From: Candidatus Rifleibacteriota bacterium
GTDB taxonomy: Bacteria > Muiribacteriota > Ozemobacteria > Ozemobacterales > Ozemobacteraceae
Assembly (NCBI GenBank): GCA_024710355.1
Contig: JANJUX010000051.1
Span: 16,746-80,745 of the forward strand
DNA length: 64,000 nt
Direction of reading: 5' to 3'
Shown here: one piece after another, positions 1-10,060 of the stretch
How the letters are laid out: every line of letters starts with the position of its first letter
Position numbering within the stretch: position 1 is the stretch's first letter
The notes under the pieces: generated by a model
Told to the model about the DNA's origin: nothing
What the model saw: the letters and a program-made list of their open reading frames with translations, nothing else
The model's database searches: none
Program-made: the position numbers and the translations under genes

Positions 1-3000
1 AGAACATCGACCCAGTCGATTTTTTCGTTTTTTTCGTTTATGAAGTTGTACCAGCTGAATTCGCCGGCCGGTTCGAGAAGAACGAATATCCCACCGGCTG
101 CGGTCATCCGGAAAATACTGTCAATTGCCATGTGCACGTCTGAAACATTGTCGAATACCATGCTCGAAATAACGATATCAAAGGCATTCAGAGGCAGTTC
201 CTGCTCTTCGGGCTTCTTCTGCAGATTTAAAATCCGGTATTCGATAAAATCTTTCGCGGCCAGTCTGCTGCGCGCCTGGCTCAAAATCTCTTCAGAAACA
301 TCGGTGTAACAGTAGCGGGTTCTGTTGGCGGGCAGCAGAGGCAGTATGGCCGACGTCAAAGCCCCTGTTCCTGCGCCAATTTCGAGAACCCTGACCATGT
401 GCCCTTGTGGCAGATTCTTCAGAATTGCCTTTATCGCAAGCTGCACAGACCCATTACCCAGCCGGAAGGTCGGTGAATCTTTGAAAAACTGGTCGTGCGT
501 TTGAGAATTGCTTTCGAAATAAAGTGTTGCCGGCTCGATCTGCCCGCTCAGGCGCTGCGTCAGACGTGAGCCGTATTTTTCCAGCATCGACAATTCAGTG
601 CGCCAGCCAGGGTACTGGTTGAGCAGTTTTCGCCAGCAATTGCTGACGCACTCGCCGGCGAGCGCTCTGGAATACTTTCCGACTGCAGTCTCTGTAAGTG
701 CGTATTCGTTATCTTTGCCGGTTTTTATCAAAACCTGCTGCTCGATCAGCAGGTTCAGAAGATGCTCAAGCAGTTTCTGATTTTCTGGTTCTGCTGCAAA
801 TCTTTCGCTCAGCTCCGGCACAGAAAATGTCTGAGATTCGCTGAGATTCAGCCCGGGCCCCTTAAATACATCGAGTATGTAAAGCAGGCAAAGCTCATTT
901 AATTTGGGAAACACTGATTCTAACTGGGTTTTCTGGTTGCTGTTTCCAATGAGTTTAAGCAGACTCGCATGCAGTTCATGCTTCAATTGCCCGATATCGG
1001 GCTGATAATGATTATTGGGTGCCCCTTCGATGAGGCACTCTTCATCGATTTTCCAGTCGAACTGGTAGAGCATTTCATTGAGATTCTTGTTGGCAACATC
1101 CTGCTGGTCGAGCATTCTCTGGCAGGTAAAACCATCGATTTTTAACAGCAGATCAGCATCGGGTCCATAGATTGTCAGGTCGCCGATCAGCCATCTATGG
1201 CTTCGCTCTTTCAGCACAGCATGACAAAACACCATTCTGCCGGGGTTTGCATGCAGCGTTGCTCTTTCAAACCTCAATGGCAGATATGTTCCTTCGCCGC
1301 CGAATGCTCCGATAATCTGAAAACAGGCGTCGAGAGCCGAAGGGTGGATATTGTAGCCGCTCAGATCTGAATCTTCGTGCCCCGCCAGGTTGATGTGGCC
1401 AAATGCCTCATTATCACCGACCCACAACTCTTCTATGCCACGAAACATTCGGCCATAGACGAGTCCACGTTTTTCAAACTCGCTGTAAAGTGCCTCAGGT
1501 TCTATTTTACGATCGCAGCTGCTGCGCAACTCTGCAAATTCAACTTTGGGAAATGGCTGCAGCATGTCGGCGCTGCCAAAGCGGCCGCGGGCGTGCAGGG
1601 TCCAGTCGCCGCCATCTTCTTTCGGCCTGCTGAATACCGAGAATTTTTCGCCATCTTCTACGGTCATCTGCAGGCAGGTTTCAACTTCCTGGTTGAAAAG
1701 CAGCGGTTTCAGCATTTCGATCTCTTCAAGAACGGCGCCTTTTGCGCCATAAGTCTCTTTAAAAGCTGCAAACGCCATCTCAATATATGCCGCTGCCGGA
1801 CACACCGTTCCGCCCTGCACCACATGATCTTTCAAATATTGTAACAGGCTTAAATCAATGGTCGAATTCCAGGTTCTTCTGCCAGCATGCGTCATTTCGC
1901 CGAGCAGTGGGTGCCCGTTCCTGATTCCGAGACGGTATTTTCTCGATTCCTCTGATTCCAGCCAACAGGGCTTGTTTTGCCAGGGGTATGCCGGCAGTTT
2001 CACAAATCTGGTGGGCGAGGGATAAAGAGATTGCCAGGCAACCGGGCCGCCGGCCGTATAAATTTTCGCGACCGCGTGCAGCAGGGTCTTTTCATCGTCT
2101 TCACCGCGTTTGAGCGAATGAATGACGGCGCCCTTTTTTTCGGCAGTTGCAAGGCTTTCGAGCATGTATGCCGATAAAACCGGGTGGGCGCTGATTTCGA
2201 CAAAAATATCCGTATCGCTCTTGATCAGCTCGTCAAGCGCCGTTTTGAAGAGCACGGGTTTTCTGATGTTTTCTGCCCAGTAATTGCCATTTATCAGGGT
2301 TCCGGCGGTACCTGCGCCAGTAACGGTAGAAATGACCTGAATATTTTCCGCGGCCGGTCTGATGTCGCCCAGACTCTCTCTGAATTCATCGCATATTGAG
2401 TCCATGCCGGCACTGTGGTAAGGCACCTCGACCTTGAGGAAACGGTGAAAAATATTCTCGTTTTCGCATATCCCGGCAATCTCATGAAGAGCCTCAACAT
2501 CACCCGAGAACGTTATCGCCTCTGCTGCATTAACCGCCGCAATCGATACCTTGCCCGCAAATTGCTGCAGGAAACGGCCGGCATCTTTTTCAGACAGGCC
2601 GGCGGCCAGCATGCCGCCTGAACCGGCCTTTGTCTGCTGCAGACGGCTGCGGTGAAAACATACTTTAACCGCATCTTCGAGGCTTAAAACCCCGGCGGCA
2701 AAATACCCGGCCACTTCTCCGACGCTGTGCCCGACAATAGTGGCTGGCTTGATTCCCCACGCCTGCCATAGTGCGCTCAAAGCAGCCTGAACTGCAAAAA
2801 TACAGGGTTGCGAAATCTGTGTTTCGTCGATGCGTGTGGTCTGTTCATCGGCAAACAGCTCTTCTACCAGGTTCCAGGCTTGTGTGTGCTCCTGGAACAG
2901 CTGGCTGCAGCGGTCTATGATATTTCTGAAAATCGGTTCACGCTGGTAGAGACCCCGGCCCATTCCCCGCCATTGCTGGCCCATTCCTGAAAAAATGAAG

Positions 3001-4631
3001 GCGGTCTTCAATGGCGTTTTTTGCAGTATTCGCCCATGAATTGCATCTGGCTTCGCCTCTGCTGAAGCATAGGCCTGCAGCAGCCCGGCAAGTTCTCTTT
3101 TCGTCGCGGTGACGAAAGCTGCCCGGAAATGATGCTGCCCCTTGTGAAGCGCGGCCGCCGCGGCGATATCAGCAAGTTCTGCGCTTTCGCACTGCGAACC
3201 ATCTTCGAGAAAGCTGCTCATGGCGGTTGCCAAAGCTTTCAAAGCTTCTTCGCTGCGCGCCGACAGGGAAATCACAAGTGGTAAAGTCATCTCATTAACA
3301 TGGCGGCCTTCAGGAGCGGCGCTTTGCGAGTGTTCGCGCAGAACGACGTGGGCATTGGTGCCGCCGAAGCCAAACGAGTTAACGCCGGCAACCTTTGGCT
3401 TCATGCCGGTGTCAGGCCATGCCTCGGGAGTCGTCGGAACCCTGATATTCAGCTCTTCGAACGGAATGTGCGGGCTGGGCTCGACAAAGTGAAGATTCGG
3501 AGGAATCATTGCGTTTTTCAGCATCAGAGCCGCTTTTACCAGGCCGACCACGCCGGCGGTCGACTCGGTATGCCCGAGATTGCTCTTTGCCGAGCCGATG
3601 ATGAGCCTGTCATTTTTTGAGCGGCTCTGCGAAAGCACAGTTCCGATTGAACGTGCTTCGACCGGGTCGCCCACCGGGGTACCGGTGCCGTGCGCCTCGA
3701 CATACTGCACGTCGTGGGCTTGAATTCCGGCCTTGTCGAGAGCCTCGACGATCACGCGTTTCTGGGCATTTTCGTCGGGAACCGTCAGTCCGGCGCTTCT
3801 GCCATCCTGGTTTACCGCGCTGCCACAGATAAGAGCATAAATCGGGTCATTGTCTTGCAGGGCACTCGAAAGCCTTTTTATCACAACAGCGCCGGCGCCT
3901 TCAGATCTGACATAGCCGTTTGCGCCGGCGTCAAAGCTTCTGCAGCAGCCATCAGGAGAAATAAAGCCGCCCTTGCACAGGGTCATGGTAGAGTCGGGCC
4001 TGATCAGAATCTGAATGCCGCCGGCAATGCCAACGTCGGTCTCGCCGCTCAGAATGCTCTGGCAGGCGAGATGGACTGCGACCAGAGACGATGAACAGGC
4101 GGTGTCAATCGCAACACTCGGGCCTTTGAAATCAAATAAATAAGAAATCCGGTTTGCAAGAATCGAGGTGCCCATGCCGGTTGCCGAATATGTGCCATAG
4201 AGGCGGTGGTCGTTGCGGTCAAAATTAAGATTTTCGTATTCATGTAAAGAAGCGCCGATGAATACCCCGGTTTTTGTGCCCGCAAGCTTTTCCGGGGCTA
4301 TGCCGCCATCTTCAAGGGCTTCCCAGGTGACTTCGAGCATTATTCTCTGCTGCGGATCCATGAACCCGGCTTCGTATGGCGAAATGCCAAAAAATTCCGG
4401 GTCGAAACCTGCAATATCTTTAAGAAAGCCGCCTTTGCGGGTGTAAACCTTTCCGGTTCTGGTTCTGTCCTGATCAAAAAATGCTTTGATGTTCCACCGA
4501 TTGGGGGGCACTTCGCTGATCAGATTTTTTCCCTCAACCAGCGCCTGCCAGAATGACTCGGGGTTGTTGATGCCGCCGGGAAGCCGTAGGCCGATACCAA
4601 CAATCGCCAGAGGTTCATTCTGATGCTGCAT
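1..4631 (-). CDS. Type I polyketide synthase, partial (KS-AT-DH-cMT; continues past the left window edge)
   Basis: Hand translation from ATG 4631 (MQHQNEPLAIVGIGLRLPGG). Motifs: KS DPQQR, DTACSSS (~4100), EAHGTGT (~3690), KSNLGHTE (~3575); AT GHSVGE (~2725) and VPYHS (~2420); DH HPLLG...DHVVQGGTVCP (~1820) and HPSALD (~1340); MT VLEIGAGTG (~375). The start codon and the MT region share a frame. Not in the ORF track, consistent with no stop codon inside the window. Confidence 0.95.
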   Translation of the reverse strand, partial: MQHQNEPLAIVGIGLRLPGGINNPESFWQALVEGKNLISEVPPNRWNIKAFFDQDRTRTGKVYTRKGGFLKDIAGFDPEFFGISPYEAGFMDPQQRIMLEVTWEALEDGGIAPEKLAGTKTGVFIGASLHEYENLNFDRNDHRLYGTYSATGMGTSILANRISYLFDFKGPSVAIDTACSSSLVAVHLACQSILSGETDVGIAGGIQILIRPDSTMTLCKGGFISPDGCCRSFDAGANGYVRSEGAGAVVIKRLSSALQDNDPIYALICGSAVNQDGRSAGLTVPDENAQKRVIVEALDKAGIQAHDVQYVEAHGTGTPVGDPVEARSIGTVLSQSRSKNDRLIIGSAKSNLGHTESTAGVVGLVKAALMLKNAMIPPNLHFVEPSPHIPFEELNIRVPTTPEAWPDTGMKPKVAGVNSFGFGGTNAHVVLREHSQSAAPEGRHVNEMTLPLVISLSARSEEALKALATAMSSFLEDGSQCESAELADIAAAAALHKGQHHFRAAFVTATKRELAGLLQAYASAEAKPDAIHGRILQKTPLKTAFIFSGMGQQWRGMGRGLYQREPIFRNIIDRCSQLFQEHTQAWNLVEELFADEQTTRIDETQISQPCIFAVQAALSALWQAWGIKPATIVGHSVGEVAGYFAAGVLSLEDAVKVCFHRSRLQQTKAGSGGMLAAGLSEKDAGRFLQQFAGKVSIAAVNAAEAITFSGDVEALHEIAGICENENIFHRFLKVEVPYHSAGMDSICDEFRESLGDIRPAAENIQVISTVTGAGTAGTLINGNYWAENIRKPVLFKTALDELIKSDTDIFVEISAHPVLSAYMLESLATAEKKGAVIHSLKRGEDDEKTLLHAVAKIYTAGGPVAWQSLYPSPTRFVKLPAYPWQNKPCWLESEESRKYRLGIRNGHPLLGEMTHAGRRTWNSTIDLSLLQYLKDHVVQGGTVCPAAAYIEMAFAAFKETYGAKGAVLEEIEMLKPLLFNQEVETCLQMTVEDGEKFSVFSRPKEDGGDWTLHARGRFGSADMLQPFPKVEFAELRSSCDRKIEPEALYSEFEKRGLVYGRMFRGIEELWVGDNEAFGHINLAGHEDSDLSGYNIHPSALDACFQIIGAFGGEGTYLPLRFERATLHANPGRMVFCHAVLKERSHRWLIGDLTIYGPDADLLLKIDGFTCQRMLDQQDVANKNLNEMLYQFDWKIDEECLIEGAPNNHYQPDIGQLKHELHASLLKLIGNSNQKTQLESVFPKLNELCLLYILDVFKGPGLNLSESQTFSVPELSERFAAEPENQKLLEHLLNLLIEQQVLIKTGKDNEYALTETAVGKYSRALAGECVSNCWRKLLNQYPGWRTELSMLEKYGSRLTQRLSGQIEPATLYFESNSQTHDQFFKDSPTFRLGNGSVQLAIKAILKNLPQGHMVRVLEIGAGTGALTSAILPLLPANRTRYCYTDVSEEILSQARSRLAAKDFIEYRILNLQKKPEEQELPLNAFDIVISSMVFDNVSDVHMAIDSIFRMTAAGGIFVLLEPAGEFSWYNFINEKNEKIDWVDV

Positions 4632-4932
4632 TTCGCTTTTCCCATCATTGTCAGGCTTTTATTGAAAGCTGCATAATGAAAGCCGGATGTTTGAGTAAGC
4701 AAGCCGACCTTAATTGCACAATCATCAATAAATAGAGTTGAATTATATAGCATCCGGTTCAGGGATCTCAAAAAATACTTTTCTCCTTTACATCAGCGGT
4801 TTCTGAGCTGTAGAATCGAAGTCTATAACGCTTGCCATGAATCGGAGAGGGTTGCCAGCCAGATAGAGCGGAGGAACCCTTTGTGTTTGCAAAATAGACT
4901 TGAATCAGACTTGGGTTACCCGGAGAGAATAT

Positions 4933-7900
4933 ATGAAAAAATGGAAAATTCTGGTTGACTGCGTGCTTCTTTGCTGTCTTATTTCGCTGGTTGCGTGCAG
5001 GTTTGATCCCCTTGGTCTTTATGACGATTCTGATGAGCCAACAGCAGCGGCAACTATTGCCGGTTTTACGCCGGCGCAGGTTCAGCAGATTGTCGATGCT
5101 ATCAAAAATGATAAGGCTGTTCTGCCTGTTTCGCTGGCAGCGCCTGCCTATAGTTTTTACCGGTTTGACTATTCCAACGCCGCCGGTGGTCATCGTGGTT
5201 CTACCATTCTGAGCTACGACCAGGCGATTGCTTCGCCGCCTTATGGCATCGAAACGACGGCGCGGGTACTGGTATTCGAGGCCATGCAGGCCAGGGCTGG
5301 CTATTCCTTCGACTTTTTTGCTTTTTCCGACGGCCTTGCGAAAGATCGTATCGGGCCAGTTATCAACGCCATTGCCGCCCAATTTTCTGACACAGAATTT
5401 CTTTTAAACTCAAATCTGAATATTGGCTCAACCACCCTGGTTGCGCAGGCAGTCAATGACCTGGTTGGCAGTCTGCCTTTGCCGGCCCAGGCAGATTTTG
5501 TGCCGGTAGCCATCGAAGCGCCGGCCGTCAATCTTGATCTTAAACCTGATTTTTCTGATCTTCCGGTAACCACTTTAACGACACTGTTTCTCAATGAAAA
5601 TTTGCACGAGATGTATGCTTCGATGACCGTTGTGGGGCTTGCCAATTACAGCCTGTTCAAAAGCAATGTTCCCGCCGTTTCGCAGCCCCGGCCATCATTT
5701 CGTCTGCACAAGACTGATAAGGAGCACGACATCATGCGCAATTACATTGTTTCGCTTGCTCCAATCGGCGCTACAGGTTCGGTTGTGATAAATTCAGCTT
5801 CTCCACCCGTGCCCGTTCCAGATGTTGCCTCATCGCAGATGACAATTTCGCAATCGGGTGACAGTCAGAAACTCGTTTTTACCTATTCCGGTGATCTTGC
5901 GCTTTCGCAGAAAGTCACAGCTGAATCGGAAAAGCTGGTGCTGGCATTTACTTATCGCGATTTATGGGAAAAAGATAGCTGTGAGTCTAGTAAAGATACT
6001 GTAGTGGGGCCGCTTGCCTATCTCAACAGGGCCGGGCCGCAAAAATTTGCCGGTGAATCTTTCAACTTCACGACTCCTGTGACAAAGCTCCATTGTGTTG
6101 TAGTTGTCGACAACAAACCGGGCACAACCTTCACTGCTGAACAGGGGGTTCCGGCCACTGCCGATCTTTCAATTCCGGAAGGCCAGATTGCAACTCTTGC
6201 CTGCTATATAATTCCACCCGGGGCACAGGTCACTGAGGAACATGCCAGAGCGGCTCTTTTGACCGAATTTGCCTCTGAGACTCGCCCGCTGGACGAACTG
6301 GAAACGGCCGGATGGGAAAGCGCGCGCGCCGCTACAACCTCCGTGGAACTTTCCGGCGATGGCAGAAGCATATCCGTTCCAGCCATGTTCAAAACCTGGT
6401 TTCGCCCTGTGGGCACCTACGTTTACGAAACCAGCCTGGATGAATTTACGCCGCAGGTATTCAGGTCGATTGCAGCGCCGGTAGCACCTTCTATCGATCT
6501 TGATCTGAAAGGATATTCTGAAGAGCCCCGGTATGCCTTTTCTCTGCCCATTTACGTAGCACCGCTGGTCACTGGCATTACCTCAGGGGTTTTTAACACG
6601 GCAAAAACATTTTCAATTCAGGTCATTGGCGCAAGGCTGTATGAATATTCCCTCGACAACGGTGCAACCTGGAATAGCTATTCTGACCCGGTAGCTCTTT
6701 CGGCAGACGGATCTTACCAGGTCGTTGCACGGGATAAATCAAATGGTTTTACTTCGACACCAATCAGCCTGACCATTGATGCTGCTGCTCCCGTTGCGCC
6801 AGTTTTTACTGGTATCTCCAGCGGTATTTATGCTGCTGGTCAGACATTTACGATAACCGGTGCAGAACCTGGTGGCACGATCTATTATTCTATCGATAAC
6901 GAGACCACAAGCCTGATCTACACGGGGCCGGTAACGATAAGTGCCGAAGGCACAGCAACCTGTACGGCCTGGCAGGTCGATGCCGCCGGAAATGTCGGGG
7001 CAAAAACCGCGCCGATTACTGTGACGATCGATGCCACGGCACCTCAGGCGCCGACGATTGACGGAATAGCGGCTGGCATCTTCAAGACCAGTCAGACCCT
7101 TACGATAACTGGTTCAGAGCCGGGCGGTTCTTTGTATTATTCGCTCGACAATGGTCTCACGAGTGCGATTTATCAGGAGCCGGTAAGCATTTCCGCTGAA
7201 GGAACTGTGACCTGCACGGCCTGGCAGATCGATGCTGCGGGAAATGTCGGTGCCAGGGCCACGACAATTAGTCTGACCATAGACAAAACTGCGCCCCAGG
7301 CTCCAACAATCACGGGTATCGCTTCCGGCATATTTGCGCCGGGCCAGACGTTCACGGTAACCGGTGCAGAGCCTGGCGGAGTTTTGTATTATTCACTCGA
7401 TGACGGGCTTACAAGCGCAATTTATACTGAGCCGGTAAATCTTTCTGCCGAGGGTATTGCAACCTGCACGGCATGGCAAATCGATGCAGCTGGAAATGTG
7501 GGTCTCAGAACCACACCCATTGTCATAACCATCGACAATACCGCGCCTCAGGCGCCAACGATCATCGGTGTCACTTCCGGTGTCTATGGTTCGAGTCGGA
7601 CATTTACGATAACCGGTGCCGAGACCGGTGGCACCCTTTATTATTCCCTCGATAACGGTGTTACCAGTTCGATTTACACGGGGCCGGTAACGATATCTGT
7701 TGAAGGAACGTTTTCCTGCACGGCCTGGCAGGTTGATAGCGCCGGAAAAACCAGCCAGAAGGTTGCACCCATAACTATAACCATTGATACCGCTGCGCCT
7801 CAGGCACCAACGATCACCGGTATTACCACCGGAACCTATGCGGGCAATCAGACATTTACCGTTACCGCAGCTGAGACAGGTGGCACTCTGTATTATTCAC

Positions 7901-9882
7901 TCGACAACGGGGTGACGAACGCTGTTTACACCAGCCCTGTTACAGTGTCTGCAGAAGGCACCTCAATTTGTACTGCCTGGCAGGTCGATGCGGCAGGCAA
8001 TGTCGGAGCAAAAGCTGTGGCAGTTACGGTGACTATCGACAAAACCGGGCCTCAGGCGCCAACGATTACCGGTATCACGGCCGGCATCTTTGCGACCGGC
8101 CAGACCTTCACGGTTACTGCAGCAGAGCCGGGCGGCATCCTGTATTATTCTCTCGATGACGGCATCACAAGTTCTCTGTATACAGGGCCGGTAACGATAT
8201 CGCAGGGTGTCACTGCCACCTGCACGGCCTGGCAGGTTGACGATGCCGCGAATGTCGGGGAAAAAGCGGCCCCCATTTCCCTGACCATTACGCAGGTTAC
8301 CCTGGCAGATGTGATGCCGACAAGCGCTTTCAATGAAGGAACTTTGCCTGAGGTTCAGATTAACGGCACCGGCTTCGTTGCAGGAATAGTTCCCAAACTT
8401 ATTCGCTCCGGGCAGGCACCCGTAACAGGCTCGAATGTGGTCGTCAACAGCGCAACTTCGCTGACATGCGACTTCGATCTGACAAATCTGGCTCCGGGCT
8501 CCTGGAGCGTCGTTTTGACCTATGCTGATGTCGAATTGGCAACCGGCACAGATTTCTTCGAGGTTCTGTCAAAAACCTGGAGAAAAAGCCTCGGTGGCCT
8601 AGCAGATGAATCAGATGTCTACTGCGTCAATGCCGTTGACGGAAATGGTGTTGTGATTGCGGGCACGACGCTCTCTTACCTTGACCAGATACCATCGACG
8701 ACGCCAGGCACTCTTGCTGGCAGCGACATCTGGATTGCCCAGATCGGCGAAGTCGGCGAAATACTCTGGTCGCGCCGCATTGGCGGCAGCGGCACCGATC
8801 GCTGCAGCGGGCTGATAGCCCTCGGAAACGGCTACATTCTGGCCGGCGATACCACGTCGACAGATGGCGATATGGCTTTTAAAGAGGTCAGTGGCCAGCG
8901 CGCCATGCTCATGAAAATAGATGCCAACGGCCTTCTTGACTCCACTACTCCAGGAATCTGCCCGACTCCAGCCGCAAATGACTATGTTTCCTATTATTCC
9001 GTCGATGCACGCGGCGGCATTAGAAACACAGCCGACGGCGGCGGCATAATGGCCGGTGTCTGTTCTGATGGATCTTACAAATACGCCTGGGCAGTCAAGT
9101 TTACCCCAAATCTTGAGCAGACCTGGGAAATTCATATCACCGGCAACGGACCCGAAACTCTGGCTTTTGATGTCGCGCAAAAAGCTGACGGTAACTACCT
9201 GTTGTGTGGTTTTACCAGCAACAGAAATGGCACTTTCGACGAAGGAGCCTATTCAAGCGAAACCAACGACGGTTTTGTCGCTGAGATTTCAAGCGACGGC
9301 GAGGTTGTCAACAATCGCTGCTTCGGTGGAACCGGCACCTATTCCTGCACCGGAGTCGTTCCCATGGCCAATGGTGACTTTTATGTAATTGGCACAACGG
9401 CTTCAACAGACGGTTTTTGTCCTCTTCCCGCCAGTCGTGGCACAGAAGATGTGATGGTGTTCACAGTGAGCGCCGATTTTTCAACCACGTCGACGCCTTT
9501 GAGCCTGGGTGGTTCCGGCGTCGATACCGGCCTGCGCGGGCGACTGAATGCCGATGGGTCCCTGATGTTTGCGGGTCGGACAAATTCATTTGATGGTAAT
9601 GTATCAGGTAATCACGGTGGTTTTGACTTCTGGATCGGCAAAGTCAGCCCGGGTGCCGGGAGTCTCGATTGGCAGAAATGTTTCGGTGGTACAGCCGACG
9701 ATCATCTTTCAAGCTTTCTGATCACGGCAGATGGTGCTCTTCTTCTCAGCGGTTATGGCTTGTCTACCGACGGTGATTTTACTGATACCGGTCACCAAAC
9801 AGGTAATCATGACTTCATGATCATTAGAGAGGGGGCTGCGTCTACCTCGTCTTTGCCGCCGATCGGCCCGCCGACCAATTAA
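4933..9882 (+). CDS. Large surface lipoprotein: unknown N-terminal domain, 7 Ig-like (chitobiase/Fn3-associated type) repeats, IPT-like domain, C-terminal beta-propeller
   Basis: 1660-aa ORF; probable start MKKWKILV..LISLVAC (lipobox-like). ~84-aa repeats (APQAPTITGI...TFTITGAE.GG.LYYSLDNG.T...YT.PVTIS.EGT.TCTAWQ.DAAGNVG); C-terminal GG.G.D / DFW propeller-type repeats. Confidence 0.8.
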   Translation: MKKWKILVDCVLLCCLISLVACRFDPLGLYDDSDEPTAAATIAGFTPAQVQQIVDAIKNDKAVLPVSLAAPAYSFYRFDYSNAAGGHRGSTILSYDQAIASPPYGIETTARVLVFEAMQARAGYSFDFFAFSDGLAKDRIGPVINAIAAQFSDTEFLLNSNLNIGSTTLVAQAVNDLVGSLPLPAQADFVPVAIEAPAVNLDLKPDFSDLPVTTLTTLFLNENLHEMYASMTVVGLANYSLFKSNVPAVSQPRPSFRLHKTDKEHDIMRNYIVSLAPIGATGSVVINSASPPVPVPDVASSQMTISQSGDSQKLVFTYSGDLALSQKVTAESEKLVLAFTYRDLWEKDSCESSKDTVVGPLAYLNRAGPQKFAGESFNFTTPVTKLHCVVVVDNKPGTTFTAEQGVPATADLSIPEGQIATLACYIIPPGAQVTEEHARAALLTEFASETRPLDELETAGWESARAATTSVELSGDGRSISVPAMFKTWFRPVGTYVYETSLDEFTPQVFRSIAAPVAPSIDLDLKGYSEEPRYAFSLPIYVAPLVTGITSGVFNTAKTFSIQVIGARLYEYSLDNGATWNSYSDPVALSADGSYQVVARDKSNGFTSTPISLTIDAAAPVAPVFTGISSGIYAAGQTFTITGAEPGGTIYYSIDNETTSLIYTGPVTISAEGTATCTAWQVDAAGNVGAKTAPITVTIDATAPQAPTIDGIAAGIFKTSQTLTITGSEPGGSLYYSLDNGLTSAIYQEPVSISAEGTVTCTAWQIDAAGNVGARATTISLTIDKTAPQAPTITGIASGIFAPGQTFTVTGAEPGGVLYYSLDDGLTSAIYTEPVNLSAEGIATCTAWQIDAAGNVGLRTTPIVITIDNTAPQAPTIIGVTSGVYGSSRTFTITGAETGGTLYYSLDNGVTSSIYTGPVTISVEGTFSCTAWQVDSAGKTSQKVAPITITIDTAAPQAPTITGITTGTYAGNQTFTVTAAETGGTLYYSLDNGVTNAVYTSPVTVSAEGTSICTAWQVDAAGNVGAKAVAVTVTIDKTGPQAPTITGITAGIFATGQTFTVTAAEPGGILYYSLDDGITSSLYTGPVTISQGVTATCTAWQVDDAANVGEKAAPISLTITQVTLADVMPTSAFNEGTLPEVQINGTGFVAGIVPKLIRSGQAPVTGSNVVVNSATSLTCDFDLTNLAPGSWSVVLTYADVELATGTDFFEVLSKTWRKSLGGLADESDVYCVNAVDGNGVVIAGTTLSYLDQIPSTTPGTLAGSDIWIAQIGEVGEILWSRRIGGSGTDRCSGLIALGNGYILAGDTTSTDGDMAFKEVSGQRAMLMKIDANGLLDSTTPGICPTPAANDYVSYYSVDARGGIRNTADGGGIMAGVCSDGSYKYAWAVKFTPNLEQTWEIHITGNGPETLAFDVAQKADGNYLLCGFTSNRNGTFDEGAYSSETNDGFVAEISSDGEVVNNRCFGGTGTYSCTGVVPMANGDFYVIGTTASTDGFCPLPASRGTEDVMVFTVSADFSTTSTPLSLGGSGVDTGLRGRLNADGSLMFAGRTNSFDGNVSGNHGGFDFWIGKVSPGAGSLDWQKCFGGTADDHLSSFLITADGALLLSGYGLSTDGDFTDTGHQTGNHDFMIIREGAASTSSLPPIGPPTN
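6565..8292 (+). repeat. Intragenic tandem repeat, ~252-bp unit, 7 copies (first copy shorter and more divergent)
   Basis: The YS(L/I)D(N/D) motif recurs at ~6655, 6895, 7147, 7399, 7651, 7902 and 8155. Confidence 0.9.
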
Positions 9883-10060
9883 TTAAGGTCGGCTGATCAG
9901 ATTCAGCGAGAGTGCAGTCAGAATTATTGCAACCAGTAATTCTGACTGCATTTTTTTTGTCATTGCTATGACTGAGAAGCTGGAGTAAAATCAAAAGTGA
10001 CACTTGAATGAGATGGGCCACCATGAGCATAAACAGGCCATGGATGGTTGGGAGGACCCG

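Noticed and set aside
40-4771. Many short ORFs listed over the first 4.7 kb
   Set aside because: They are antisense or off-frame shadows of the minus-strand PKS.
6565-8292. 252-bp repeats as DGR template/variable repeats or a CRISPR array
   Set aside because: They are in-frame protein domain repeats whose differences involve all bases. There are no adenine-specific changes, spacers or cas genes.
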